Positions 52,369-64,000 of a DNA stretch of 64,000 bases are shown piece by piece (the first letter of the stretch is position 1; each line of letters starts with the position of its first letter). This DNA is from an uncultured Actinomycetota bacterium (GTDB lineage Bacteria; Actinomycetota; Actinomycetes; JACCUZ01), in assembly GCA_963746175.1 (NCBI GenBank), contig CAVVAH010000001.1, positions 1,158,062-1,222,061 of the forward strand, read 5' to 3'. Below the pieces are notes generated by a model. The model worked only from the letters and a program-made list of their open reading frames with translations. It made no database searches and was not told the DNA's origin. The position numbers were made by a program, and so were the translations under genes.

Positions 52369-53775
52369 TCAGCAGCCGAGGAGGCGCTGGGCCAGCCAGC
52401 CTGGCACGGCATCGAGACCGACCCGCTCCTGCTGCATCGTGTCGCGCTCGCGGATGGTGACCGCGTTGTCGTCGAGGGTGTCGAAGTCGACGGTGATGCA
52501 GAACGGCGTGCCGATCTCGTCCTGCCGGCGGTACCGGCGCCCGATGGCCCCGGCGTCGTCGAACTCCACGTTCCAGCTCTGCCGCAGCTGAGTGGCCAGG
52601 TCCTTCGCCTTGGGCGACAGGTCGGCGTTGCGTGACAGCGGGAGCACCGCCGCCTTCACCGGCGAGAGCCGCGGGTCGAGGCGCATGACGGTGCGCTTCT
52701 CCATGGTGCCCTTGGCGTTCGGCGCCTCGTCCTCGCTGTAGGCGTCGAGCATGAAGGCGAGCGTGGCGCGGGTCAGGCCGAGCGCCGGCTCGACGACGTA
52801 CGGCGTCCAGCGCTCGCCCTTCTCCTGGTCGAAGTAGGTGAGGTCGACACCGGAGTGCTTGGAGTGCGCAGTGAGGTCGAAGTCGGTGCGGTTGGCCACG
52901 CCCTCGAGCTCGTCGAACTCCTTGCCGCCGAAGTTGAAGCGGTACTCGATGTCGACCGTGCGCTTGGAGTAGTGCGAGAGCTTCTCCCGGGGGTGCTCGT
53001 AGGTCCGCAGGTTGTCCTCGCGCACGCCGAGGCCGGTGAACCAGCTCCAGCGCTGCTGGAGCCAGTAGTCGAACCACTCCTCGTCCGTGCCCGGCTCGAC
53101 GAAGTACTCCATCTCCATCTGCTCGAACTCGCGGGTCCGGAAGATGAAGTTGCCCGGCGTGATCTCGTTGCGGAACGACTTGCCGGTCTGCGCGATGCCG
53201 AACGGCGGCTTCTTGCGCGCCGAGGTCATGACGTTGAGGAAGTTGACGAAGATGCCCTGCGCGGTCTCGGGGCGCAGGTAGTGCAGCCCCTCCTCGCTCT
53301 CGACCGGCCCGAGATAGGTCTTCAGCAGGCCGGAGAACTGCCGCGGCTCGGTGAAGGCGCCCTTGGTGCCGCAGTTGGGGCAGTTGACGTCCTTGAGGCC
53401 GTGCGCCGGCGGCGAGCCCTTCTTGGCCTCGTACGCCTCCTCGAGATGGTCGGCCCGGAACCGCTTGTGGCAGGACTGGCACTCGACCAGCGGGTCGCTG
53501 AACGTGTCGACGTGGCCGGAGGCCACCCAGACGTCCCGGGCGAGGATCACCGCGGAGTCGAGACCGACGACGTCCTCGCGGGTCTGGACCATCGCCTTCC
53601 ACCACTGGCGGCGGACGTTCTCCTTGAGCTCCACGCCGAGGGGGCCGTAGTCCCAGGCCGAGCGGGTGCCGCCGTAGATCTCGCTGCTGGGGTAGACGAA
53701 CCCCCGGCGCTTGCTGAGGCTGACGATCGCGTCGTTGCGCGCGGCTTCACTGCTCTTGGCCACGGTGGCCTCCAT
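52369..53775 (-). CDS. glyS: glycine--tRNA ligase (class II, homodimeric alpha2 type)
   Basis: C-terminal 468 codons of ORF 52369..53949 from ATG 53775. The N-terminus MEATVAKSS...[20 protein letters not shown]...[14 protein letters not shown] is characteristic of GlyRS, with class II motifs and an anticodon-binding domain. Confidence 0.95.
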   Translation of the reverse strand: MEATVAKSSEAARNDAIVSLSKRRGFVYPSSEIYGGTRSAWDYGPLGVELKENVRRQWWKAMVQTREDVVGLDSAVILARDVWVASGHVDTFSDPLVECQSCHKRFRADHLEEAYEAKKGSPPAHGLKDVNCPNCGTKGAFTEPRQFSGLLKTYLGPVESEEGLHYLRPETAQGIFVNFLNVMTSARKKPPFGIAQTGKSFRNEITPGNFIFRTREFEQMEMEYFVEPGTDEEWFDYWLQQRWSWFTGLGVREDNLRTYEHPREKLSHYSKRTVDIEYRFNFGGKEFDELEGVANRTDFDLTAHSKHSGVDLTYFDQEKGERWTPYVVEPALGLTRATLAFMLDAYSEDEAPNAKGTMEKRTVMRLDPRLSPVKAAVLPLSRNADLSPKAKDLATQLRQSWNVEFDDAGAIGRRYRRQDEIGTPFCITVDFDTLDDNAVTIRERDTMQQERVGLDAVPGWLAQRLLGC

Positions 53776-53807
53776 CCGGCTGGTTGTCGGCGGTCGAGCC
53801 CTCGACA

Positions 53808-54110
53808 CTAGCGCTCGGTCGGGCGCCGCTTCGCACCGAGGACCTCGAAGGCGCTGGGCTCGGTCACCGCGTAGGCCATCACCGCGGGAGCCGTCATCTT
53901 CACGTCGTACGACGAGAGCGCCCGCCGGTAGGCACCGACGCCCTCCCACTCGCTGGCGACGACCCAGAGCTCCTGGTCGTCGGCGGCCCGGCCGAGATGC
54001 CCGCGGACGAAACCAGGCAGCCCGGCGAGCAGCGCAAGCAGGTCGTCGGCGGCAGTCCGGAAGGAGTCGGCGGCGTCGGCGGGGACGCGGGCCCGGGTCA
54101 GCACCAGCAC
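53808..54110 (-). CDS. antibiotic-biosynthesis-monooxygenase (ABM / Dabb) domain protein
   Basis: ORF 53808..54110, 100 aa, with the ferredoxin-like ABM fold signature ([27 protein letters not shown]). Confidence 0.65.
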   Translation of the reverse strand: MLVLTRARVPADAADSFRTAADDLLALLAGLPGFVRGHLGRAADDQELWVVASEWEGVGAYRRALSSYDVKMTAPAVMAYAVTEPSAFEVLGAKRRPTER

Positions 54111-54136
54111 GGCGTCAGCCTAGTCGTATCGGCGAA

Positions 54137-54156
54137 TGAAAACCGTTGTCGTTTCC
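54137..54156. promoter_or_regulatory. candidate Zur box: an AT-rich near-palindrome TGAAAACCGTTGTCGTTTCC just upstream of the ZIP transporter gene
   Basis: It is the only AT-rich island in the 62-bp upstream region. The left half-site TGAAAA matches the actinobacterial Zur consensus TGAAAATGATTTTCA. The right half is degenerate, for about 10/15 matches. Confidence 0.3.
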
Positions 54157-54172
54157 GTGCTACCGTCTCGAC

Positions 54173-54901
54173 ATGCCCGTCCTGCTCGCCGTCCTCACCG
54201 TCGTCTCGACGGCGGTCGGCGGCGTCGTCGCGCTGCGCAGCCGCGACCGGCTGCACCTCGTCCTCGGCTTCGCGGCCGGCGTGATGCTCGGTCTGGTCGC
54301 CTTCGACCTGCTCCCCGAGCTCTTCGAGCTCTCGGGGGCGACGTTCGGCGGCGTGCCCGCGGTGATGGTCGCCTTCGCGGCCGGCTTCCTCCTGCTGCAC
54401 GTCGTCGAGCGCTCGGTGGCGATGCACGGCGCCCACGAGGGCGAGTACGGCGCGCACAGCCACCACGACCCGCACGTCGGGCTGGCGTCCGCCTCCGCGC
54501 TGGTCGCGCACTCGTTCCTCGACGGCGTCGGCATCGGCCTGGCGTTCCAGGTCAGCGACACCGTCGGCTACGCCGTGGCGCTGGCCGTCATAGCGCACGA
54601 CTTCGCCGACGGGCTCAACACGGTGACGGTGATGCGGACCCACGGCAACTCGCACCGGCGTCAGGTGGTGATGCTGGTGATGGATGCGCTCGCACCGGTG
54701 CTGGGTGCCCTGTCGACGCTGTTCTTCAGCGTCGGTGACGACGTGCTGGCGCTGTACCTCGGCGGCTTCGCCGGCTTCCTGCTGTACCTCGCGACCGCCG
54801 ACATCCTTCCCGAGGCGCATGCCCGGCACCCGTCCCGCCTCACGCTGCTCAGCACCCTCGGCGGCGTCGGGCTCATGTGGATCGTGGTGGCCGCGTCATG
54901 A
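54173..54901 (+). CDS. ZIP-family zinc / divalent-metal transporter (ZupT-like)
   Basis: ORF 54146..54901 with the start taken at ATG 54173 (MPVLLAVLTVV...). It has 8 TM helices and the His-rich loop HGAHEGEYGAHSHHDPH, with HSFLDG and HDFADG metal-binding motifs. Confidence 0.85.
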   Translation: MPVLLAVLTVVSTAVGGVVALRSRDRLHLVLGFAAGVMLGLVAFDLLPELFELSGATFGGVPAVMVAFAAGFLLLHVVERSVAMHGAHEGEYGAHSHHDPHVGLASASALVAHSFLDGVGIGLAFQVSDTVGYAVALAVIAHDFADGLNTVTVMRTHGNSHRRQVVMLVMDALAPVLGALSTLFFSVGDDVLALYLGGFAGFLLYLATADILPEAHARHPSRLTLLSTLGGVGLMWIVVAAS

Positions 54902-54918
54902 CCACCCCACCGAATCGC

Positions 54919-55002
54919 TCGCTGCGCTCACGAACACCCCACGAGATCACCCGCTGCGCTCGCGATCACGCGGGGACCCCGGAAAAGCGGGGGGACCCCG
55001 GA
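54919..55002. repeat. two pairs of direct repeats immediately upstream of zur
   Basis: TCGCTGCGCTCACGAACA (54919-54936) matches CCGCTGCGCTCGCGATCA (54951-54968). GCGGGGACCCCGGA appears at 54970 and again, as GCGGGGGGACCCCGGA, at 54988, abutting the zur ATG. These were seen directly. Confidence 0.5.
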
Positions 55003-55373
55003 TGAGCCGGCAGCGCAGCGCCGTGCGCGACGAGCTGTCCCGCGACCCCGCGTTCCGCAGCGCGCAGGAGATCCACGCCAGCCTGCGTGACTCCGGCCAC
55101 CGGATCGGGCTCACCACGGTCTACCGCGCGCTCCAGTCGCTCGCGGACGCGGACGATGTCGACGTCCTGCGCAACGACGACGGCGAGTCGACGTACCGCG
55201 CCTGCTCCGCCGGCCACCACCACCATGTCGTCTGCCGCAGCTGCGGCACCACGGTCGAGGTCGAGGGCCGGGCCGTCGAGACGTGGGCGGAGCGGGTCGC
55301 GCGAGACCACGGGTTCGTCGACGTCGAGCACACGGTCGAGGTCTTCGGCACCTGCTCGAGCTGCGCGGTCTAG
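55002..55373 (+). CDS. zur: Fur-family metalloregulator, most likely the zinc uptake regulator
   Basis: ATG 55002 inside ORF 54684..55373 (MSRQRSAVRDELSRDPAFRSAQEIHASLRDSGHRIGLTTVYRALQ...). It has the HHHH and CxxC...CxxC metal sites and sits next to a ZIP transporter. Confidence 0.8.
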   Translation: MSRQRSAVRDELSRDPAFRSAQEIHASLRDSGHRIGLTTVYRALQSLADADDVDVLRNDDGESTYRACSAGHHHHVVCRSCGTTVEVEGRAVETWAERVARDHGFVDVEHTVEVFGTCSSCAV

Positions 55374-55386
55374 CGCCGCGACAGCC

Positions 55387-56208
55387 TCAGGACGGCGGCT
55401 CGACCGCGTTCGGTACGGCTCCGCCGTACCTCCGGTCGCGGCTGGCGTAGGTCTCGATCGCCTGCCACAGGTGCCGGCGGTCGAAGTCCGGCCACAGGGT
55501 GTCGAGGAAGACCATCTCGGCGTACGCCGACTGCCAGAGCAGGAAGTTGGAGAACCGCTGCTCCCCCGACGACCGCACGAAGAGGTCGACGTCGGGGATG
55601 CCCGGCTCGTCGAGGTGGCGGGCGATCGCGCGCTCGTCGACCTTCGCCGGGTCGAGCCGGCCGGCGGCCACCTCGCGGGCGAGCGCCTGGGCCGCATCGG
55701 CGATCTCGGCGCGGCCGCCGTAGTTCACGCAGAACTGCAAGGTGAGCACGTCGTTGTGCCGGGTGCGTTCCTCGGCCTCCTCGAGCTCGTCGATGACCGA
55801 GCGCCAGAGCCGCTTGTGTCGTCCGGCCCACCGCACCCGCACGCCGATCGCGTCCAGCTCGTCCCGGCGCCGCCGGATCACCTCGCGGTTGAAGCCCATG
55901 AGGAAGCGCACCTCGTCGGGTGACCGCTTCCAGTTCTCGGTCGAGAAGGCGTACGCCGACAGGTGCTTCACGCCGATCTCGACGGCGCCGTGCACGACGT
56001 CGAGCAGGGCAGCCTCGCCCGCCTCGTGGCCCTGGGTCCGCGGCAGGCCACGGGCCTTGGCCCACCGGCCGTTGCCGTCCATGACGATGGCGACGTGCGC
56101 CGGCACGAGCTCGGCGGGCAGGTCGGGCGGCCGTACGCCGGACGCGTGCGGCCGCGGCGGGACCGGTTCGTGCCGTTCCGCGCGCCGTGCACGAGCCGCC
56201 TTCCTCAC
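55387..56208 (-). CDS. uppS: isoprenyl transferase (undecaprenyl-diphosphate synthase family)
   Basis: The distal part of ORF 55387..56409 from GTG 56208, which overlaps the recO stop (GTGA). Motifs [13 protein letters not shown] and FSTENWKRS...LWQSAYAE are present. Confidence 0.9.
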   Translation of the reverse strand: MRKAARARRAERHEPVPPRPHASGVRPPDLPAELVPAHVAIVMDGNGRWAKARGLPRTQGHEAGEAALLDVVHGAVEIGVKHLSAYAFSTENWKRSPDEVRFLMGFNREVIRRRRDELDAIGVRVRWAGRHKRLWRSVIDELEEAEERTRHNDVLTLQFCVNYGGRAEIADAAQALAREVAAGRLDPAKVDERAIARHLDEPGIPDVDLFVRSSGEQRFSNFLLWQSAYAEMVFLDTLWPDFDRRHLWQAIETYASRDRRYGGAVPNAVEPPS

Positions 56209-56936
56209 GTGCGCTCCACCAGCGGCAGCGAGCGCAGCCCGCGCTCGAGGTGCCACTGGAGGTACGCCGCGACCAGCCCGTTGCCCTCGCGGCGGTACCG
56301 CGGGTCGCTGGCGTCGGCCGTGACCCAGTCGCCGGTGAGCAGGGCGGCGAGCAGGTCGAGGGTGGGGCGGGCCGGGCTGACCGAGCCCGGCGGCCGGCAG
56401 GAACCGCACACGGCGCCACCGGCCTCGACGTTGAAGAACGGGTGCGGGCCGGGCCGGGTGCAGCGCGCGCAGTCCTCGAACGACGGCGCGTAGCCCGCGA
56501 CCGCCAGCGACCGCAGCAGGAACGCGTCGAGCACCAGCCCCGGCGCGTGCGACGCGTCGGCGAGCGTGCGCAGCCCTCCCACGAGCAGCAGGAACTGCTG
56601 GGTCTGCGGCTCCTTCTCCTCGGCGGTGAGCCGCTCGGCCGTCTCGAGCATCGCGCTGCCGGCGGTGTAGCGCGGGTAGTCGTCGACGATCCGGTCGCCG
56701 TACGGCGCCAGCGTCTCGGCCTGCTGCACCACGTCCAGCGACCGGCCCTCGTAGAGCTGGAGGTCGACGTGGGTGAACGGCTCCAGCCGGGAGCCGAACT
56801 TCGACCGGGTGCGCCGGACACCCTTGCCGACCGCACGGACCCGGCCGTGGCTGCGGGTCAGCAGGGTGATGATGCGGTCGGCCTCACCGAGCTTCTGGGT
56901 GCGCAGCACGACACCCTCGTCCCGGTAGAGGCCCAT
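56205..56936 (-). CDS. recO: DNA repair protein RecO
   Basis: C-terminal 244 codons of ORF 56205..57980 from ATG 56936 ([42 protein letters not shown]). It has the C-terminal zinc motif CARC...CGSC. Confidence 0.9.
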   Translation of the reverse strand: MGLYRDEGVVLRTQKLGEADRIITLLTRSHGRVRAVGKGVRRTRSKFGSRLEPFTHVDLQLYEGRSLDVVQQAETLAPYGDRIVDDYPRYTAGSAMLETAERLTAEEKEPQTQQFLLLVGGLRTLADASHAPGLVLDAFLLRSLAVAGYAPSFEDCARCTRPGPHPFFNVEAGGAVCGSCRPPGSVSPARPTLDLLAALLTGDWVTADASDPRYRREGNGLVAAYLQWHLERGLRSLPLVERT

Positions 56937-56972
56937 CACGCCATCATCCGTCATCGATGGTCTGATGGCCGC

Positions 56973-58214
56973 ATGGCGCGACTGCTGATATCGGACGTCT
57001 CGCTGGCCGACGGCAGCGGCGCCGACGTCCTCGTCGAGGACGACCGCGTGGTGGAGGTGCTCCCGTCCGGCTGGGGGGCCGGCTCCGGCGACCTCGTCGT
57101 CGAGGGCGGCGGCGGTCTGCTGCTGCCGGCGTACGTCGACACCCATGTGCACCTCGACAAGGTGCTGATCCGCGACCAGCTGGCGGAGCACGACGGCACC
57201 CTCCGCGGAGCGATCGAGGCGATCCATGCCGCCAAGCGCGGCTACGACGTCGAGGACGTACGTCGCCGGGCCCGCGCCGTGATCGAGTCGTCGGTCCTGA
57301 CCGGCACCACCCGGCTGCGCAGCCACGTCGACGTCGACACGATCGGCGGGCTCGTGCCGCTCGAGGGCGTGCTGGCCGCCGCCAGGGACTGCGCGGACCT
57401 CGCGGAGGTGCAGGTCATCGCGTTCCCGCAGGAGGGGATCCTGCGCGATCCCGGGGCGGCGGACCTCATGTCCGAGGCGATGGACGCCGGCGCGACCGTC
57501 GTCGGCGGGATGCCGCACTGGGAGCAGGGCGAGGACGACCAGCGCGAGCACGTGCGGTTCTGCTTCGACCTGGCGCAGCGCCACGACGTGGATGTCGACA
57601 TGCACGTCGACGAGACCGACGACGGGTCGGTGCGCACGCTCGCGATGGTCGTCGAGGAGACGGAGCGCCGCGGGTGGCAGGGCCGGGTCACGGTCGGTCA
57701 CGTGTGCGCCCTCGCGGCGGCCGACGACGGGTACGCCGACGACGTGATCGCCGGCTGCGCCCGGGCCGGCATCACCGTGGTGTCGAACCCGGTCACCAAC
57801 CTCGTGCTCCAGGGCCGCGGCGACCGCGGGCTGGTGCGCCGCGGCACCACCCGGATCCGCGAGCTGCTGGCCGCCGGAGTGCCTGTGGCGTTCGGGCAGG
57901 ACTGCGTGCACGACGGCTTCTACCCGTTCGGCCGGGGCGACCTGCTGGAGGTGGCACTGGTGTCGGCGCACGCCGCGCACCTCGCCACGGTCGAGGAGCA
58001 GCAGCTCGCGCTCGCGGCGGTCACGACAGTGCCCGCCGGCGCGTGGCGGCTCGGAGCGGCGTACGGCGTGACGCCCGGCGCGCGGGCAGACCTGCAGCTC
58101 TACGCCGCGTCGAGCTGGCCCGAGGTGCTGCGGCTGCAGGACCCGCCGCGGCAGGTCTGGTTCCGCGGTCGCGAGGTCGCCCGGACCACCGTGACTCGCG
58201 AGCTGCTGCGCTGA
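56973..58214 (+). CDS. metal-dependent amidohydrolase (cytosine-deaminase / AtzC-like)
   Basis: ATG 56973 inside ORF 56187..58214 ([29 protein letters not shown]...). It has the HVHLD metal motif and the C-terminal DCVHDGF motif. It is divergent from recO. Confidence 0.8.
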   Translation: MARLLISDVSLADGSGADVLVEDDRVVEVLPSGWGAGSGDLVVEGGGGLLLPAYVDTHVHLDKVLIRDQLAEHDGTLRGAIEAIHAAKRGYDVEDVRRRARAVIESSVLTGTTRLRSHVDVDTIGGLVPLEGVLAAARDCADLAEVQVIAFPQEGILRDPGAADLMSEAMDAGATVVGGMPHWEQGEDDQREHVRFCFDLAQRHDVDVDMHVDETDDGSVRTLAMVVEETERRGWQGRVTVGHVCALAAADDGYADDVIAGCARAGITVVSNPVTNLVLQGRGDRGLVRRGTTRIRELLAAGVPVAFGQDCVHDGFYPFGRGDLLEVALVSAHAAHLATVEEQQLALAAVTTVPAGAWRLGAAYGVTPGARADLQLYAASSWPEVLRLQDPPRQVWFRGREVARTTVTRELLR

Positions 58215-58233
58215 CGGCTGCCAGGATGCTGCG

Positions 58234-59043
58234 ATGACCGACGACCTGCTCCGGCGTCTCGAGGCCTACTACGACGGCGTGCCGCGCCGGTTCGCGCGCA
58301 CCGAGGAGTGCGGGCCGTTCACGCTGTTCCTCGGTGAGCCCGGCGGCTGGACCTACTACGCCCGCCCGCGGCTCGGGGGTGACGGCCTGTTCACCCCGGA
58401 CGACGTGACGGCGGCGGTGGCCCGGCTCGCCGAGCTCGGTCTGCCGCAGAACGTCGAGTGGGTGCACGAGACGACACCGGCGCTGCTGGACGCCGTCCGG
58501 GCCACCGGGGTGTTCGAGCTCGAGGAGCTGCCGCTGCTCGCCCTCGAGGGGGACCTGACGGTGACGACTCCTCCGTTGCCGGACGACGTGACCGTGCGCC
58601 TGCTCGGCCCCGACGACGCCGACGCGGTCGCCGCATCGCGCGCGGTGAGCGAGGTGGGCTTCGCGGCCGAGGGCACCGCGCGCGGCGGGGCGGGCCCGGC
58701 GGAACGGGATGCTGTGCTGAAGCCTGCCCAGCAGAGGGTGCTCGACCTCCTCGACGAGGGCACCGTCCGGGTGGCCGTCGCCGAGCACGCCGAGCTCGGC
58801 CAGCTGGCCACCGGTCGCACTCTGCCGCTGGCCGGCGTGACGGAGGTGATGGGCGTCGCCACCCTGCCGTCCGCGCGACGGCAGGGTCTCGGCGCCGCTG
58901 TGACCGCCGCCCTCGTCGAGGACGCCCGCCACCTCGGCCTCACCACGGTGTTCCTCACCGCGTCCTCGCCGGAGGTCGCGCGGATCTACGCCGGCATCGG
59001 CTTCCGCCCACTCGGCACCGGGTGGGTGGCGGAGCGCCGTTGA
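58234..59043 (+). CDS. GNAT-family N-acetyltransferase
   Basis: ORF 58234..59043 with an acetyl-CoA-binding motif ([25 protein letters not shown]) in the C-terminal half. Confidence 0.7.
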   Translation: MTDDLLRRLEAYYDGVPRRFARTEECGPFTLFLGEPGGWTYYARPRLGGDGLFTPDDVTAAVARLAELGLPQNVEWVHETTPALLDAVRATGVFELEELPLLALEGDLTVTTPPLPDDVTVRLLGPDDADAVAASRAVSEVGFAAEGTARGGAGPAERDAVLKPAQQRVLDLLDEGTVRVAVAEHAELGQLATGRTLPLAGVTEVMGVATLPSARRQGLGAAVTAALVEDARHLGLTTVFLTASSPEVARIYAGIGFRPLGTGWVAERR

Positions 59044-59207
59044 ATCCCCTTCCTACGTGTCCCGCCGTCGTGGGTGCGGCCTAGAGCGGCTTTGGAAGGA
59101 ACGAGGCTGGTCGATGCACCCCGCCGTCGGCTCCTGTCCCGCCGTCCCTGCGCTGTCCCCGTGAGCCCTTCGGTGATCATGCAGTTCTGACTGCTGTGGA
59201 CAGGCGA

Positions 59208-59230
59208 AAACCCTTGTGCACAAAGGGTTT
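59208..59230 (+). terminator. hairpin AAACCCTT-gtgcaca-AAGGGTTT followed by TCCGGGGTTCC. It is the likely terminator of the GNAT gene, 24 nt upstream of the HNH gene start.
   Basis: Seen directly: an 8-bp perfect stem with a 7-nt loop. Confidence 0.4.
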
Positions 59231-59253
59231 CCGGGGTTCCCAATGTCCACGCC

Positions 59254-60568
59254 GTGCGCTATGATTCGAACATGTGTTCGACAGGGAGAAGTGCGGGAGT
59301 CGAGGCCGGCGTCGCCGCCGCCGACCGCGCGCTGACCGCCGCCCTGCGCGACGGGGTCGAGCACCTGAGCCACGACCAGTCCACCGCCCTGCTCGCCCAG
59401 CTGCGGGCCCTGGCCGCGAAGACCGACGCGCTGACGCTGGCCGTGGTGGGCAAGGTCGACGCCGACGGCACCCACGCCTACGACGGCTGCCTGTCGACCG
59501 GAGCGTGGGTGCGGGCCCTCGGCCACCAGACGATGGCCGAGGCGGCGCGCACCGTGCGCACCGCCCGGACGCTGCGGTCGGGGGTGCTGCCGAACACGTC
59601 CGCCGCGCTCGCGGCGGGGGCGATCACCGGCCGGCACGCGGCGGTGATCGCCGACGCCGTCAAGGACGCCCCGGCCGGCGCCATCGCCCTCATCGAGCCC
59701 GAAGCCGTGTCGGTCGCCTGCGAGGGCGACCTGGCGGCGACCGCGAACGTGATGCGCGCCTTCACCCACGCCCTGGACCCCGACACGGCCGACGAGCGCG
59801 CTCTCCAGCGTTACGAGCGGGCCGGCATCACGATCTCCCCGCTGCTCGACGGCGGGTTCGCCATCACCGGCACCGCCGACGAGACCACCGGCGCCGCCAT
59901 CGTCGCCGCCGTCGACGCCGCCTCCCCGCTGGTGACCGGCGACACCCGCACCGCCGCCCGCCGGCGCCTCGACGGGCTGCACCAGATCTGCCGGCACTGG
60001 CTCGACACCAGCACCCCCGAGGGTGACACCGCCGACCCCACCGCGAAGCGGCACCAGCAAGTCCAAGGCGCGGCTGGTCGTCACCATCGACCACGCCGGG
60101 CTCGCCGGGCACACCTCACCCGGCGGCACCCTGACCTGGGCCGGACCCATCACCGCCAGCACCGCGCAGCGGCTCGGCTGCAACGCCACCGCCACCTTCG
60201 TCACCCTCGACGAGCACGGCAACGTCGTCGAGGCCGGCACCAGCCGCCGGTTCTTCACCCGAAGCCAGATCCTCGCGATGATCGCCCGCGACGGCGACAC
60301 CTGCGCCGCACCGTTCTGCGACCGGCCCGCCGCCTGGTCCGACGGACACCACCTCACCCCCGTCTCCCAAGGCGGCACCACCACCATCGCCAACGGCGCC
60401 CTCCCGTGCGAAGGCCACCACGTCCAGCTCCACGAAGGCCACTGGACACTCGAACGCCTCCCCGACGGCCGCTACCTCCTACGCCACCGCGACGGCCGCA
60501 CCCTCGGACCCGAACCACCCCGACCCGGCCACAACCGACCACCACCACCCGAACCACCCGACGAGTAG
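59254..60568 (+). pseudogene. DUF222 + HNH endonuclease (REP13E12 family), full length but interrupted by a frameshift near 60040-60060
   Basis: ORF 59254..60699 carries the DUF222 N-terminal domain and then decays into Arg-rich nonsense. The HNH domain (ARDGDTCAAPFCDRPAAWSDGHHLTPVSQGG...EGHHVQLHEG) continues in the +1 frame as ORF 60023..60568. Both frames are open across ...TAKRHQQ / SKSKARLVVTIDHAGLAG. Confidence 0.7.
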
Positions 60569-60723
60569 CCGTTCAGGCTCCGAGGAGCAGTCGCTGCAGT
60601 GCGCGTCGCGCGTCGCGCGCGGCGCGCGGACCGTCGCTGGAGTACCAGAGCGCCGATCGCCAGGCGGCGGCGATGAGCGAGGGCATCGGTGCCTGCTGAC
60701 CACCCAGCACACGGTCGATCAGC

Positions 60724-60909
60724 ATGGTGTCGACGACCCCGCAGCCGCCGGGCCCCATGTACCTCGTCGACAGCGTCGACGAGTGGCTCGGCGACCACCC
60801 GGACGTGGCCATGGCGGTCGACAAGTTCGAAATACCGGGCGGTGCGGTCGTCGGGTTGGCCGCCACCGGCGGAAACACGTTCTACGTGTTCGACCAACCC
60901 GACGCCTGA
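60724..60909 (+). CDS. hypothetical small protein (61 aa)
   Basis: ORF 60724..60909 with good GC3 codon bias (MVSTTPQPPGPMYLVDSVDEWLGDHPDVAMAVDKFEIPGGAVVGLAATGGNTFYVFDQPDA). It is convergent with leuA. Confidence 0.3.
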   Translation: MVSTTPQPPGPMYLVDSVDEWLGDHPDVAMAVDKFEIPGGAVVGLAATGGNTFYVFDQPDA

Positions 60910-60914
60910 GCCCG

Positions 60915-63998
<3,084 letters not shown>

Positions 63999-64000
63999 CG

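Noticed and set aside
53776-53807. T-box or other leader RNA upstream of glyS
   Set aside because: Only 32 nt separate glyS from the upstream gene, which is too short for a T-box riboswitch.
45141-59100. The 14-kb segment bracketed by the shared CGCCGTCGTGG...AGAGCGGC motif, considered as an integrated element
   Set aside because: The interior carries housekeeping genes (glyS, uppS, recO, zur and others) and no mobility functions. The motif is more likely a dispersed small repeat or binding site than an element boundary.

Overview
This 64-kb window is high-GC (about 70%) and looks like core chromosome of an actinobacterium (Nocardioides/Propionibacteriales-like codon usage and gene content), not an obvious mobile island. 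Gene calls rest on reading the six-frame track, conserved motifs and third-position GC. Many long ORFs in the track are antisense artefacts of GC-rich genes and are ignored.

Content from left to right:
- 1-6.4 kb: a regulatory neighbourhood. It holds a STAS anti-sigma antagonist fragment, a stand-alone cNMP-binding protein, an ECF sigma/anti-sigma pair, an RsbW-like HATPase kinase and two tandem GAF-ANTAR proteins.
- 6.6-10.6 kb: cell-envelope genes. A lipoprotein phosphoesterase is translationally coupled to an O-antigen-ligase family protein, followed by a ScyD/ScyE beta-propeller protein.
- 10.7-10.9 kb: tRNA-Met and tRNA-Asn.
- 11-22 kb: topoisomerase IB, then a macromolecular-synthesis style block (DUF218, dgt, FAD oxidoreductase, dnaG, sigA) and ppdK.
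- 22-35 kb: hydrolase/peptidase/oxidoreductase genes, and a Rieske oxygenase + N-methyl amino-acid oxidase + M20 amidohydrolase + TetR group.
- 35-43.4 kb: a five-gene Opp/Dpp-type peptide ABC transporter and oligopeptidase B.
- 43.8-51.8 kb: dus, then a two-component system upstream of a secreted lysyl-oxidase-like protein and a PQQ-dependent dehydrogenase.
- 52-64 kb: glyS, a ZIP zinc transporter with zur, uppS, recO, leuA with a Leu-rich leader peptide, and GNAT acetyltransferases.

The most notable observations are:
- an in-frame TGA joining the RsbW-like kinase to an ECF sigma whose conserved N-terminus has no canonical start codon;
- a leuA attenuator-type leader peptide ([16 protein letters not shown]);
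- two large nested perfect palindromes in intergenic regions (16222-16297 and 39171-39238);
- a 27-bp tandem repeat array upstream of dus that shares a motif with a site 14 kb away;
- two frameshifted DUF222/HNH endonuclease copies, one inside a decayed pseudogene patch;
- two unrelated small secreted/membrane proteins ending in the same (D/G)DSSGHGG tail.
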